Virus record (IMG/VR): IMGVR_UViG_2974736276_000001
Coordinates: 32,001 to 96,000 of that record
DNA length: 64,000 nt
Reading direction: 5' to 3' (one strand)
From: a virus
Lineage: Duplodnaviria; Caudoviricetes
The position numbers were made by a program, and so were the translations under genes. Within the stretch, counting starts at the first letter, position 1, and every line of letters begins with the position of its first letter. This document shows, in pieces, positions 1-8,909 of the stretch. The notes below the pieces were generated by a model. That model was not told the DNA's origin. It did not search any database and saw nothing but the letters and a program-made list of their open reading frames with translations.

Positions 1-43
1 CCGCATTCATTACAGCCAATGAAAATGTCTAAATTAATTTCTT

Positions 44-235
44 TTACCATAATTTCCACCAAGGTTTGATTTGAGAATCATCAGCCCAAACACGTGTATC
101 AGGATGTACGTAAGACATAATACGTCTTGTGTTTTCTGCTGATTTCCTAGAAGTTTTAACCATCAATTCAGAATTTAAAATGATTCCAAATCCTGCATTG
201 ATTTTCAGTTTACTGAACTTTACTTGTTTGAGCAT
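44..235 (-). CDS. T4 a-gt.3-like hypothetical protein
   Basis: ORF ending KPWWKLW; syntenic position downstream of gene 55. Confidence 0.5.
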   Translation of the reverse strand: MLKQVKFSKLKINAGFGIILNSELMVKTSRKSAENTRRIMSYVHPDTRVWADDSQIKPWWKLW

Positions 236-569
236 TGATTAATTCCCATACTTGTTTACGAGTAGTCTGCCAACCAGCGAGGATTAATTCATTGGTGTGA
301 GGTTGACGATATAGTTTACGCAATTTACGAATAGCATATGAATATGAATCGTAGTTGTTTTCTAACACTGCAGCCTGAGCAAGTCTGTTCAGACGTTCGA
401 TTTCACGACGATGCTTACGAATGAATGAACTGCCTTGAGCAAGAGCCATTTGGCGATTACGTTCTTCAATAGAAGAGATTTCATCATCAGTCATACCATG
501 CTGAGTCAGAACATCTTTGATTTCGTCTTTTGATTCTTGTGGCAATGTATCAATAAAATCTTGTTGCAT
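210..569 (-). CDS. a-gt.4: T4 a-gt.4-like conserved hypothetical protein
   Basis: Sequence resemblance and synteny before gp55. Confidence 0.65.
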   Translation of the reverse strand: MQQDFIDTLPQESKDEIKDVLTQHGMTDDEISSIEERNRQMALAQGSSFIRKHRREIERLNRLAQAAVLENNYDSYSYAIRKLRKLYRQPHTNELILAGWQTTRKQVWELINAQTSKVQ

Positions 570-570
570 T

Positions 571-834
571 CTATAACCTTATGGGTTCATATTCAATAGT
601 GACCGAGAAGTCTTGTTCAGTCACATTATACTGGCATTTTATTTCTGCATAACTGGAAGTTATCTCAGAATCACCAGGATTTTTGGGGTCGATGTCTATC
701 GGAAGTTTCTCAACATCCCTTAAGTACATCTTTAAAAGATAAGGGATGGCGTCGAGCTCGCCAACTTCGTCAATAAGACCATTGAGGTTAATTATCATCC
801 TCATATAAAAAATCCAAAGAAGGGGAAGAACCAA
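571..834 (-). CDS. a-gt.5: T4 a-gt.5-like protein (true start probably at an internal Met)
   Basis: [12 protein letters not shown] motif; directly downstream of gene 55. Confidence 0.6.
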   Translation of the reverse strand: MVLPLLWIFYMRMIINLNGLIDEVGELDAIPYLLKMYLRDVEKLPIDIDPKNPGDSEITSSYAEIKCQYNVTEQDFSVTIEYEPIRL

Positions 835-1330
835 TGTCCTCTGCGCTCTTTTTAGACCCTGGCGCTGGTTTCACTGAGTTTTCATATTGTTGCAATTTAT
901 CGTAAATGTCTTGAATGAATGTCTCATCGGCGATTGAGGCCATATCATCACAACGTGAGTCGTAGACATTGTGTACGAAGTAACTGTATTTCTTTGCCAT
1001 TTCTTTACGTTCTTTTTTGATACGCTGGATAAAGGCATTGAAACAAGCTTGAGTTATATACGCATGTGGGTTGTTGTACTTACTTTCATCGAAGTTAATT
1101 AAGCCTTTAATTGCAGCTTCAATTCCGTCATCAACCATTTCTTGCTTCCAGGACTGGGTATATCCAGAGAAGTTAAAACGCTTTGATAGACCTTCAGAAA
1201 TAAGCATGATTGCTAGTCCCATCTTATCAGACATTCTAACAATTTTCTCAGGATTGGGATTATCCTTGATACGTTGTTTCCAGTCGATAATTTCTTGGAG
1301 TAGCTCTTTATTATTTACATAGTTTGCCAT
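788..1330 (-). CDS. 55: Late transcription sigma factor gp55
   Basis: YVNNKELL...[19 protein letters not shown]...[14 protein letters not shown]...acidic SLDFLY clamp-binding tail. Confidence 0.97.
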   Translation of the reverse strand: MANYVNNKELLQEIIDWKQRIKDNPNPEKIVRMSDKMGLAIMLISEGLSKRFNFSGYTQSWKQEMVDDGIEAAIKGLINFDESKYNNPHAYITQACFNAFIQRIKKERKEMAKKYSYFVHNVYDSRCDDMASIADETFIQDIYDKLQQYENSVKPAPGSKKSAEDIGSSPSLDFLYEDDN

Positions 1331-1348
1331 AATGCCTCAATACTGTGA

Positions 1349-1418
1349 TCTGGAGCTACGCTCCAGAATTATTAATTATCTCTATTATATACTCTATATA
1401 AGAATTAAATAATAAAAA
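1349..1418. repeat. AT-rich motif plus TCTGGAG/CTCCAGA hairpin cassette, copy 1
   Basis: ctctatataagaattaaataataaaaa (1392-1418) and hairpin 1349-1367 recur at 42431-42532. Confidence 0.75.
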
Positions 1419-1423
1419 GATAC

Positions 1424-2866
1424 TTATGCTTTACGACCCTTCTGTAGCCATTCAGAAACTATCATATAATCCTCGGTGCTATTAACATCGAGTTTCCTTC
1501 CAAGTTTCCTCAACAGATACATGTACTTATAACGTTCTTTCTGTGTCATATCGAACATGCTCTGAAATGACTTCCTATCTCGAGTCTGCTTTTTATCAGG
1601 AGTCTTAATGATATAAGTATCGTTGATTTCAGCATTTGGAAAGTAGTGTTCTTTCATGTATAGAGCCAACTTCATATCTGGCACATATAGATTCACTACT
1701 GCGTTGCTCTTACTGTTCCTGATATTACTTCGAGCACATAATTGAAATGCCGGCTCAAGATACTTCGAAACAATATAAGCATCTACTAAAGAATTTTCTT
1801 CGAGATCTGCGGATGTGGCCAGTTCTCTGAGTAGCGGTATTTGCCATGGGAGCGGATTAAAGCTGAACATAACAGCCACATTTTTATAACTGCTATACGC
1901 ATTGAGACCATGTGGGTTGTAAGGTACTTCTGTCCCTCGCGTAAATCGTGCTCGATAGCTGTTACGAGTATAGATAAAATCTTTTTCATCGATTAATCCT
2001 TCGATTACAGTTTTCATCCTGTTATAGTTTGATATTCCATCACGTTCTTTATCAGCCGAGTACTTAGACCAATTATCAGCGAGCATCACATTAATCTTTA
2101 CACGTGACGAGTTCGGATATTCCTTGAACAGAAGTCTTTCAACCAAAGGAGACTCAACGAATTCCCATTTATTGAAGTGTTTCAATACCATTCCAGTGAA
2201 TGTATCTTTCAAGTTAGCAGAAGCTATCGTTATCTTGTCAAATGATTCCCAGGATGATGTAGAGACGTCGTTGATGAAGTAAGTGTATGAACCATTGTCA
2301 GTGATCTGTAATTTCACTGGAATGCCCTGCAGGAGTGCTCGATACAGAGGATAAAGAGTAACCATGATATCATCACGACCACGAGAACCTTCAGCAGCAA
2401 GATGTTCAATTATTTCTCTGTTCTCTTCCTTTAATACCAAAGAGTCAAGCACACCCGATTCTGCATTAATCGGTTCGCAGTAATCGAGAATAGAATCCAA
2501 TGATACTGTGAAACAATTTCGTGCAAATGTTACAAGTTCCGGAACCTCATCGATATATAACGAAAATCCTTTCAATGAATTAAAATCACTGAAGTTCAAT
2601 AATGCTGCATGAGTAATGAATAGCACAGAAGCGCCATTAGTTACACAGTCTAAAATGCCATTATTGACTGAATTCGCTGAATGCTTGTGGTCAGCATCAA
2701 TAAGAACCCCAGAACCTCCAAGATTTTCAAAATATTCAAAAGACTGACGAGACAATTGGCGAGAAATAGAAGCGATGACAGCTCGTTCACCGCTCTCTAA
2801 TATATGCTCAAGAATTGCTTTAGTCTTTCCTGCTGCTGGGATAGCTGTCAAGACTTCAATTTTCAT
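1424..2866 (-). CDS. SF2 helicase-like / origin-binding-like P-loop protein
   Basis: Walker A AIPAAGKT, Walker B LYIDE, motif VI-like FQLCARSNIR, basic C-terminus. Confidence 0.7.
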   Translation of the reverse strand: MKIEVLTAIPAAGKTKAILEHILESGERAVIASISRQLSRQSFEYFENLGGSGVLIDADHKHSANSVNNGILDCVTNGASVLFITHAALLNFSDFNSLKGFSLYIDEVPELVTFARNCFTVSLDSILDYCEPINAESGVLDSLVLKEENREIIEHLAAEGSRGRDDIMVTLYPLYRALLQGIPVKLQITDNGSYTYFINDVSTSSWESFDKITIASANLKDTFTGMVLKHFNKWEFVESPLVERLLFKEYPNSSRVKINVMLADNWSKYSADKERDGISNYNRMKTVIEGLIDEKDFIYTRNSYRARFTRGTEVPYNPHGLNAYSSYKNVAVMFSFNPLPWQIPLLRELATSADLEENSLVDAYIVSKYLEPAFQLCARSNIRNSKSNAVVNLYVPDMKLALYMKEHYFPNAEINDTYIIKTPDKKQTRDRKSFQSMFDMTQKERYKYMYLLRKLGRKLDVNSTEDYMIVSEWLQKGRKA

Positions 2867-2990
2867 ATTTTGCACATAACCATGAAATTGTAATTGCTAT
2901 AGCGAATAGGCATAAAATAAATCCAGGAACTAGACTAGTCGTATATGCCCAACCCAAAATGAATCCGAGTATCAAATAGAAAGTTTTCAT
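2856..2990 (-). CDS. Small membrane protein (44 aa)
   Basis: Hand-translated MKTFYLILGFILGWAYTTSLVPGFILCLFAIAITISWLCAKYEN; ATGA overlap with upstream ORF. Confidence 0.55.
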   Translation of the reverse strand: MKTFYLILGFILGWAYTTSLVPGFILCLFAIAITISWLCAKYEN

Positions 2991-3253
2991 TTTGTCAAGA
3001 ATCCATAAAGCATAATAACATGTTGCCAAATTTCTACAGCTTCTTGTTCAGAGATGCGAATACCAGTTTCAGAAATAAAGTTTTCGAGGAACCCGTTAGA
3101 ATCCAGTTCAACAAACGCATTCACTGAATCACACGACCATTGGATAAAATCCCACTTCTCTTCAGCATTAAATAAAATCTGACCTGGACCTGTAGTTCTA
3201 ACAATAGAAAATTCACCAACATCTTTAACAACAAAACTAATTTGCTTAATCAT
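2987..3253 (-). CDS. Hypothetical protein
   Basis: Tightly packed minus-strand ORF. Confidence 0.6.
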   Translation of the reverse strand: MIKQISFVVKDVGEFSIVRTTGPGQILFNAEEKWDFIQWSCDSVNAFVELDSNGFLENFISETGIRISEQEAVEIWQHVIMLYGFLTK

Positions 3254-3554
3254 CTTTTGCCCGCTCTGTTAACCATTCTTCCCGATATCCGGGCACCGTG
3301 AGTTCTATTGTACTGCTATAAGAATCAAAGCACACCCGAACAGATTTACCGTAGGCGCCAAGCAATTGGAACAATAACACGATATCCATGTCTGTTCCAA
3401 TTTTTTCAGGCAAAGGCCAAATAGGTTCCTTTCCACCAATGAATGCAGGCTTCAAAGTTGGACCAAATTTAGCACACAATCGATAAGCAGCAGAGTGATA
3501 TGTGCAATAAGGTTTAAATCCATTATCAGATTTAAAGATTACTTTAACCTTCAT
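3246..3554 (-). CDS. Hypothetical protein
   Basis: Packed ORF. Confidence 0.6.
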   Translation of the reverse strand: MKVKVIFKSDNGFKPYCTYHSAAYRLCAKFGPTLKPAFIGGKEPIWPLPEKIGTDMDIVLLFQLLGAYGKSVRVCFDSYSSTIELTVPGYREEWLTERAKDD

Positions 3555-3777
3555 AGTATTCTCTCAACTCTTCAATAGTCATTGCTTCAGACCAATTCGC
3601 ATCAAAGAACCGAACATCGTCCCATCGGACTGATTTATTATTTGGATAAAAACGAACTTCATGAAAAGGATGATTATTTAAAAAATTTTCGCATTGCTTT
3701 AAATTTCCATAATTCACCATATAATTAATAAAAATTTTTAAACCTATTTTTTGAGCTACCATTGCAACAATAATCAT
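3544..3777 (-). CDS. Hypothetical protein
   Basis: Packed ORF. Confidence 0.6.
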   Translation of the reverse strand: MIIVAMVAQKIGLKIFINYMVNYGNLKQCENFLNNHPFHEVRFYPNNKSVRWDDVRFFDANWSEAMTIEELREYYEG

Positions 3778-3808
3778 AAACTTTCCGCCAGTTGCTCAAC
3801 TAAGTCAC

Positions 3809-4036
3809 TCATTTCAATTCCCTCGCAGCTTTAATTGCAGCTTCAACAGTCGGGAATGTGTCAACATAATGAGGATCATTATTATCAAATTCCCAGAGCG
3901 AAAATTCCCAGCGGTCATCTTGATAAATCAACCTACCCTGATCAGAATAACCAGGAGTAGTCAAATATTGAGCGCCGCGTTCATTGCGAATAGCTACCAG
4001 ACCTTCTACACTTGCTACCTGTTCAAGAAATGTCAT
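3809..4036 (-). CDS. Hypothetical protein
   Basis: ATGA overlap with 55.2. Confidence 0.6.
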   Translation of the reverse strand: MTFLEQVASVEGLVAIRNERGAQYLTTPGYSDQGRLIYQDDRWEFSLWEFDNNDPHYVDTFPTVEAAIKAARELK

Positions 4037-4392
4037 TTTGCCGCCTTAACAATTTTCAGATCAACGAATTTTTTCTTGCGTTGATTCTTCATTTTGCGAA
4101 TAGTTGAGTCAGAGATTTCACCAGCTTTCCATGCAGCTGATTGAACACCAAATGCTTCTACATCGAACTCAGAAAGAATGTAAGCCACGACCAGTTCACG
4201 AATACGAGCTTTACCGATCTTTTGATCATTTTCTTTCATTGTACCGTGTAGTTCATTTTCCCACTGATCGAGAATTTCTGGAGTGACGAACTTACCAGAT
4301 TCAATGATTGCTTCTACTTTAGAGTAAGCGAAAGAGTTCAGTGCGTTTTTGATAGCTTGAGTCATGGTATTTTCCTCGTGTTTGTTTGACAT
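4033..4392 (-). CDS. 55.2: gp55.2-like protein (topoisomerase I inhibitor in T4)
   Basis: VTPEILDQWENELHGTMKENDQKIGKARIRELVVAYILSEF resembles T4 55.2. Confidence 0.8.
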   Translation of the reverse strand: MSNKHEENTMTQAIKNALNSFAYSKVEAIIESGKFVTPEILDQWENELHGTMKENDQKIGKARIRELVVAYILSEFDVEAFGVQSAAWKAGEISDSTIRKMKNQRKKKFVDLKIVKAAK

Positions 4393-4422
4393 AGGATTCT
4401 ACACCGAGAACCCTATAGCAAA

Positions 4423-4701
4423 CTAGAATTTGTTAACTTTAATCCAATTGTAAACTTCAGTCACAATTTCATCTGGCATGTAGCAATGAGTTTTATCTTG
4501 AACACCCCATTCTACGAACTTTTGACAAGCAGCTTCAAGAGATTCATCATTGAAAGGTTTTCGACCTTGCTTAGACCAAGAAGGACCTTGAATAGGAGCA
4601 CCAGAATCCTTTACTCGAAACCTTACAGAAATACTTTGGCTGCTCATGCGAATCTGTACTTCTGCGCCACGATAACCAGGCCAGCTCATATATTTGTACA
4701 T
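4423..4701 (-). CDS. Hypothetical protein
   Basis: Packed ORF. Confidence 0.6.
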   Translation of the reverse strand: MYKYMSWPGYRGAEVQIRMSSQSISVRFRVKDSGAPIQGPSWSKQGRKPFNDESLEAACQKFVEWGVQDKTHCYMPDEIVTEVYNWIKVNKF

Positions 4702-4702
4702 T

Positions 4703-4978
4703 TTATACCAACTTAGCTAATTGATTAATGAAGTGATTGACATCTTCACCAGGAATTCCCAAGTCTTCTAACTGCTGGGACAATTTCAGAGTAATTTCAG
4801 AACTGAGTTTTTCTTCAAAATCATTCGAGCAGGTGAAGAATGAAGGCTTACCTTCTACCTTGACACCAAACAGCCAGGATTCGCCACGCTTGATTAGATC
4901 AAGAACGAATGATTTGCCGTTGGTCAGTTCACCTTCAAAGATTTGAGTTTGCTTGTTCAGTTTCATGGTAATCTCCAA
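4703..4978 (-). CDS. Hypothetical early protein
   Basis: First ORF after an early promoter; GGAG RBS. Confidence 0.65.
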   Translation of the reverse strand: MEITMKLNKQTQIFEGELTNGKSFVLDLIKRGESWLFGVKVEGKPSFFTCSNDFEEKLSSEITLKLSQQLEDLGIPGEDVNHFINQLAKLV

Positions 4979-5004
4979 TTTCCAAGTCGGTATTGACTTG
5001 ATGG

Positions 5005-5045
5005 AGCTATACTAACACATTGGTGGAGGATGTAAACAGGTTTAT
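5005..5045 (-). promoter_or_regulatory. T4-type early promoter
   Basis: GTTTACA...TAGTAT followed by AGCTCCATCAAG on the minus strand. Confidence 0.8.
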
Positions 5046-5063
5046 GAAAAGAATTTTTCAGGA

Positions 5064-5372
5064 CTACGAATAGTCCTGAATGATGGAAGGATCAGCGTTG
5101 TTCAAGAGGAGTAAATCTTTGAAATCGTTAAAATTTCTGATGCGTACATCATCAATGAAGATAACGGGATACGCTATATTAAGAGAGGTTTGTCCCATTC
5201 GAGAAGCTAATTTCTCGATAGCAGGACGGTCGTACGAGGGCTTATCAGAGACACTCTGCATCACCGGAATAAAAGTGTATATGAATCCAAGGTCGTCTAG
5301 TAAGCCTTTCACTCGACGACACCCGTAACACCTGCCGACGGATTCGGGAATACCGTAGACATCTATCTTCAT
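5064..5372 (-). CDS. nrdH: Glutaredoxin NrdH
   Basis: YGIPESVGRCYGC CxxC motif; YPVIFID. Confidence 0.9.
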   Translation of the reverse strand: MKIDVYGIPESVGRCYGCRRVKGLLDDLGFIYTFIPVMQSVSDKPSYDRPAIEKLASRMGQTSLNIAYPVIFIDDVRIRNFNDFKDLLLLNNADPSIIQDYS

Positions 5373-5578
5373 TGCTTTTCGGCAACTTTCTTTTCTAGAG
5401 AAATCTTACGTTCTTCAAGGAATTCTTTCAGAGCTTTCAGATCATTCTCTGGGAAAATGTGAGCAGCAAGAACTAGTAGAGCAACTACTGGAATCAGTGC
5501 AGCTACTACAACAATAACCGCGATAGAAGCAAGAACAAATCCGAGTGCACCACGGAATTCATCCAAAATCTTTTTCAT
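5369..5578 (-). CDS. 55.8: gp55.8-like membrane protein
   Basis: Hydrophobic segment; synteny next to nrdH. Confidence 0.6.
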   Translation of the reverse strand: MKKILDEFRGALGFVLASIAVIVVVAALIPVVALLVLAAHIFPENDLKALKEFLEERKISLEKKVAEKQ

Positions 5579-5714
5579 ATGAATAGATACTCTTAATGTA
5601 AGTTGTTGAATTAGTTAACAGGTAATGCCAGAATGAATAGATACATGCTCATAAATTCTGGGCCAAATGAACTAAGAAATGCATTGTTTGTTTCAATAAG
5701 CGCTTCTAGTAATC

Positions 5715-6188
5715 TCATTTTAACGATTTCCTCAGTTGTTTTTTATATGAATTAGCTAATGATACTTTAGAATCACCTTCATTGAAAGTGAATCCTTTAC
5801 TCAGCATCTCTTTAATCATGTCTTCACGACCTAGACGAGAAAATGCTTTAGATCTGTCAGCCACAAATTGCGGATGAATGTTGTTATCAGAATAATCTGT
5901 TTTAAGGTACTTCAGCAAGTTCTCTAACCATTCGAGGTAGTCAACATCTCGACCTTTAAGACCAGAACGGCTGAACTTGTGCTTCATTTGACCTTCAGCT
6001 GCGTTACACAGATTACATAATAATCCACGAACCTTACCAGCCTTATCACCATTCAAATCATGGTCATGGTCTAAATGATTGCTCTGAACATCCTCATTCA
6101 AAGGACGACCACATACTGGACAGATACCATTTTGGTCATCATAGAATTTTTGTTTTTCTTGTTGGTATAACTTTCCAGTCAATAACAT
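5715..6188 (-). CDS. 49: Recombination endonuclease VII
   Basis: CPVC...HLDHDH...VRGLLCNLCNAAEG. Confidence 0.97.
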   Translation of the reverse strand: MLLTGKLYQQEKQKFYDDQNGICPVCGRPLNEDVQSNHLDHDHDLNGDKAGKVRGLLCNLCNAAEGQMKHKFSRSGLKGRDVDYLEWLENLLKYLKTDYSDNNIHPQFVADRSKAFSRLGREDMIKEMLSKGFTFNEGDSKVSLANSYKKQLRKSLK

Positions 6189-6227
6189 TACACTTACCTT
6201 AAAGATATTAGATAAGTGTATTTATGC
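6189..6227 (-). promoter_or_regulatory. Late promoter variant (CATAAATA) with RBS-sequestering hairpin for gene 49
   Basis: TACACTTA...TAAGTGTA inverted repeat covers the RBS and abuts the ATG, as in T4 gene 49. Confidence 0.75.
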
Positions 6228-6517
6228 TAGATTATTTCGAACAGCTCTAGATCTTTGATATGATAATCAGTGAAGATTGCCCATTTAAGCTGGTCTCTAA
6301 ATTTGTCTTTACCATGATTGACAGTTTCAAGATCAAGATAGATATTTTTGCTTACATTGAAAAATTCTGTTATTCCCCAATGATCACCGTCTTCGCAATC
6401 AGTATAGATTGCGTTAATGACTTTAATAGTATCACCAGCTTCTAAATAATCAGAAAGTTCACCGATCATTGACCATTTAACAATTGCTGGATTAACTCTT
6501 AAATATTTTCCAATCAT
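6227..6517 (-). CDS. Pin N-terminal-domain-like paralog
   Basis: GKYLRV...EAGDTIKV...CEDG..GI...WAIF resembles the Pin N-terminus. Confidence 0.5.
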   Translation of the reverse strand: MIGKYLRVNPAIVKWSMIGELSDYLEAGDTIKVINAIYTDCEDGDHWGITEFFNVSKNIYLDLETVNHGKDKFRDQLKWAIFTDYHIKDLELFEII

Positions 6518-6984
6518 TTTAACCTCGACTCAAGTTCACGAATATACTCAGAAGCTGCCTGCATCAAGTCATATTCTTCTGAGTCACAACCTTCTTGTGC
6601 AGCAAAGGCAGACAATGCATAAGCAATATCAACTTCATGACCATGGAAATGATTCAAACGAATTTTCCCGATCTGTGGAGTTTCTTTAATTGGGTAAGAA
6701 ATATTCGGCGCATTGATTTCTTCAATTTTCGAATCGCGCATATGAATTATACACCAGAACCAAGGTTCATCATTTTCATCTACAGGATTTTCCAATTTAA
6801 AGTTAATGTCAAAAATCTTTGAAGTTCTCAGACACATTAACTTAGTAACACCGACTGCATCAGAATAAATGGTTCCTTCGGTACGAAGAATCTGAAATTC
6901 AAAGCCAGTCTTAATCTCTGGCCATTGCGCAATGGTTTCTTCGTCATCTTCTAAAAGACGATAACATTTACCGATGTAATTCAT
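6514..6984 (-). CDS. pin: Pin, inhibitor of host Lon protease
   Basis: WPEI..GF.F...IAYALSAFAAQEG.D..EYDLMQAASEYIRELE. Confidence 0.85.
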   Translation of the reverse strand: MNYIGKCYRLLEDDEETIAQWPEIKTGFEFQILRTEGTIYSDAVGVTKLMCLRTSKIFDINFKLENPVDENDEPWFWCIIHMRDSKIEEINAPNISYPIKETPQIGKIRLNHFHGHEVDIAYALSAFAAQEGCDSEEYDLMQAASEYIRELESRLK

Positions 6985-7397
6985 TTGGCCGCCAATTGAG
7001 TTTCAAGTTCATTGATATAAACCAGTGCATCAGCATGTACACTAGACCGTGAATTAATCAAAGCATTTTTGATGTGAGCAACTCGTTGAACTTGATTTGG
7101 CTCACAATGAATTTCTTCATGCGGTAATGCACGACGAATTAATTCTTCTTCATCAGAATCAGTATCTGAATTCATTACAAAGAAAGCCCAATATCGAGAA
7201 CCACTATCTTTACGAATGTCAAGCACTGCACCAGTATTAACATCTAAGATACGCACAATACCCGTTGGGTCATCTTCGTCCATTTCAAGTACTTTGAACT
7301 GAAATCCTTCAACAATTTCAGGAAATTCATGGAATAAACCTGTGTCATCATTAACTAAAATGTATTGATTATTGATATAGCTCATAACGTTCCTCAT
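6981..7397 (-). CDS. Pin-like paralog
   Basis: DTGL..FPEIVEGFQFKV...TGI...YWAF...YINELETQL. Confidence 0.65.
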   Translation of the reverse strand: MRNVMSYINNQYILVNDDTGLFHEFPEIVEGFQFKVLEMDEDDPTGIVRILDVNTGAVLDIRKDSGSRYWAFFVMNSDTDSDEEELIRRALPHEEIHCEPNQVQRVAHIKNALINSRSSVHADALVYINELETQLAAK

Positions 7398-7566
7398 AAT
7401 CTAGAAGTTCACAATCAGTGGGATCATTATAATCCTCCTGCTCTGAAGCATAATCTTCAGGTGGTTCAGGCTCTAAAGTTTCCCATCGAGCGCTGAACCA
7501 AGGTTTTGGACCAATCACGGCTGTGCTTGTGGCTCCGGAACTTTGTTCAATGGAACAGTATTCCAA
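7369..7566 (-). CDS. 49.1: gp49.1-like acidic protein (start probably near 7518)
   Basis: KPWFSARWETLEPE motif. Confidence 0.75.
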   Translation of the reverse strand: MEYCSIEQSSGATSTAVIGPKPWFSARWETLEPEPPEDYASEQEDYNDPTDCELLDYEERYELYQ

Positions 7567-7880
7567 ACACGAACAATTTTCTTCACTTCTTTTTCTTCAA
7601 GTGTAACTATTGAAATGTCAGGAGCATCATACGATTCCCAACCTTGATAGTAGTCGCCCGAGCGAGATTCATTAACTGCAATGTACACTTCGTGTTTAGT
7701 ATCATAATAGACGCTTTGACGATATTGCATTTTGTGATTCTGTGTCCAGTCTTCTTGCTCTACAACTTGAAAACGATCTTCATCGTCTTCTATTTCATGA
7801 GACCATGTTCCAGACCAACTGCTTTGTGATACATATTCTTCGCGAATTTCCGCTAGAATTTCATTTGCTGTTAAACTCAT
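7515..7880 (-). CDS. 49.2: gp49.2-like protein
   Basis: EDWTQNHKMQYRQSVYY..KH.VYIAVNESRSG. Confidence 0.85.
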   Translation of the reverse strand: MSLTANEILAEIREEYVSQSSWSGTWSHEIEDDEDRFQVVEQEDWTQNHKMQYRQSVYYDTKHEVYIAVNESRSGDYYQGWESYDAPDISIVTLEEKEVKKIVRVWNTVPLNKVPEPQAQP

Positions 7881-8163
7881 AATTTTCTACCTCGTGCCAT
7901 GAACAATCAATTTCCGCATCTACACCATCAGGGAATTCAATACCAATTACGTTATCATCTTGGTCATATACTTCTTCACCAATATAAGACCATTGTACAC
8001 CATGTAAAATATTACCTTGCAGTACTCGCCACTCACCCCATGCATGAAGAGTTAAACTATCAGTATCAGCTCTACGTCGCAATTCATTCAATACTGCTAT
8101 CTCTAAATCAACTTGATCACCAGCTGGAAGAGTTAAATCAATACTCATATTTTCACCATGCAC
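7861..8163 (-). CDS. Hypothetical acidic protein
   Basis: Packed ORF. Confidence 0.55.
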   Translation of the reverse strand: MHGENMSIDLTLPAGDQVDLEIAVLNELRRRADTDSLTLHAWGEWRVLQGNILHGVQWSYIGEEVYDQDDNVIGIEFPDGVDAEIDCSWHEVENYEFNSK

Positions 8164-8339
8164 TCAGAAGTTTTCCATTTAGGAGAATATTCTCCCTGCG
8201 GATAATATTCGGGACGAACTTTACAGCGTTCATACTTAGGACAAATTTTAGCAATATAAGCTATAGTTAATCCATTACCACCAAAATAAATTGCTACTCG
8301 GTCACCTATGAACAATTCATTGCCAAGGAAATCTTTCAT
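8145..8339 (-). CDS. Small beta-rich (KOW/SH3-like) hypothetical protein
   Basis: MKDFLGNELFIGDRV; GGAG RBS. Confidence 0.6.
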   Translation of the reverse strand: MKDFLGNELFIGDRVAIYFGGNGLTIAYIAKICPKYERCKVRPEYYPQGEYSPKWKTSECMVKI

Positions 8340-8398
8340 TTTAACTCCAATGTATTACACATGATACATATAAGTTTAATATGTATCATGCATTGAAC

Positions 8399-8677
8399 TT
8401 AGAACTTGTACTTCATTAATTCAGTGAAACCACCAATATGCTCGCCGGTATCTTCACGGAAGATTTGAGGCATAGTCAAACCAGTTTTGCTTTCACGACC
8501 AAGACGATGCAACAGTTCAGCAATAACTTCTTCGTTAAAAACTGGGCCATTTTCATCTTTACCTGTTACGACTGAGATAAATTCAAAATCATGTCCTTTT
8601 GCTTTACAAAAGCGCTTTGAATTATCACATGGTGTGCATTTATGGATTGTTGAGTCGTAACCGAAAATTGTCAACAT
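8399..8677 (-). CDS. nrdC: Thioredoxin/glutaredoxin NrdC
   Basis: GYDSTIHKCTPCDNSKR...GLTMPQIF...HIGGF. Confidence 0.93.
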   Translation of the reverse strand: MLTIFGYDSTIHKCTPCDNSKRFCKAKGHDFEFISVVTGKDENGPVFNEEVIAELLHRLGRESKTGLTMPQIFREDTGEHIGGFTELMKYKF

Positions 8678-8909
8678 CTAAAAGTTCCTCTTGTAATTGT
8701 TTGACATGAGCAGGATTACTCAGATCAATATTATTCTTTTTAATATACTGCAAAACTGACCATGACACACCAGAAGCAGCTTTCATTCTTCGTCTCAGAA
8801 GATCTTTTTCCAAAACATCAACAAGATCTTCTGGGAACAGCATTCCTAAATAACGATAAGCGCCATTATATAATTCTTTCGTAGCTTCAGGATTAATTTT
8901 GCCCATCAA
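8640..8909 (-). CDS. Hypothetical protein
   Basis: Packed ORF. Confidence 0.55.
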   Translation of the reverse strand: MMGKINPEATKELYNGAYRYLGMLFPEDLVDVLEKDLLRRRMKAASGVSWSVLQYIKKNNIDLSNPAHVKQLQEELLDVDNFRLRLNNP

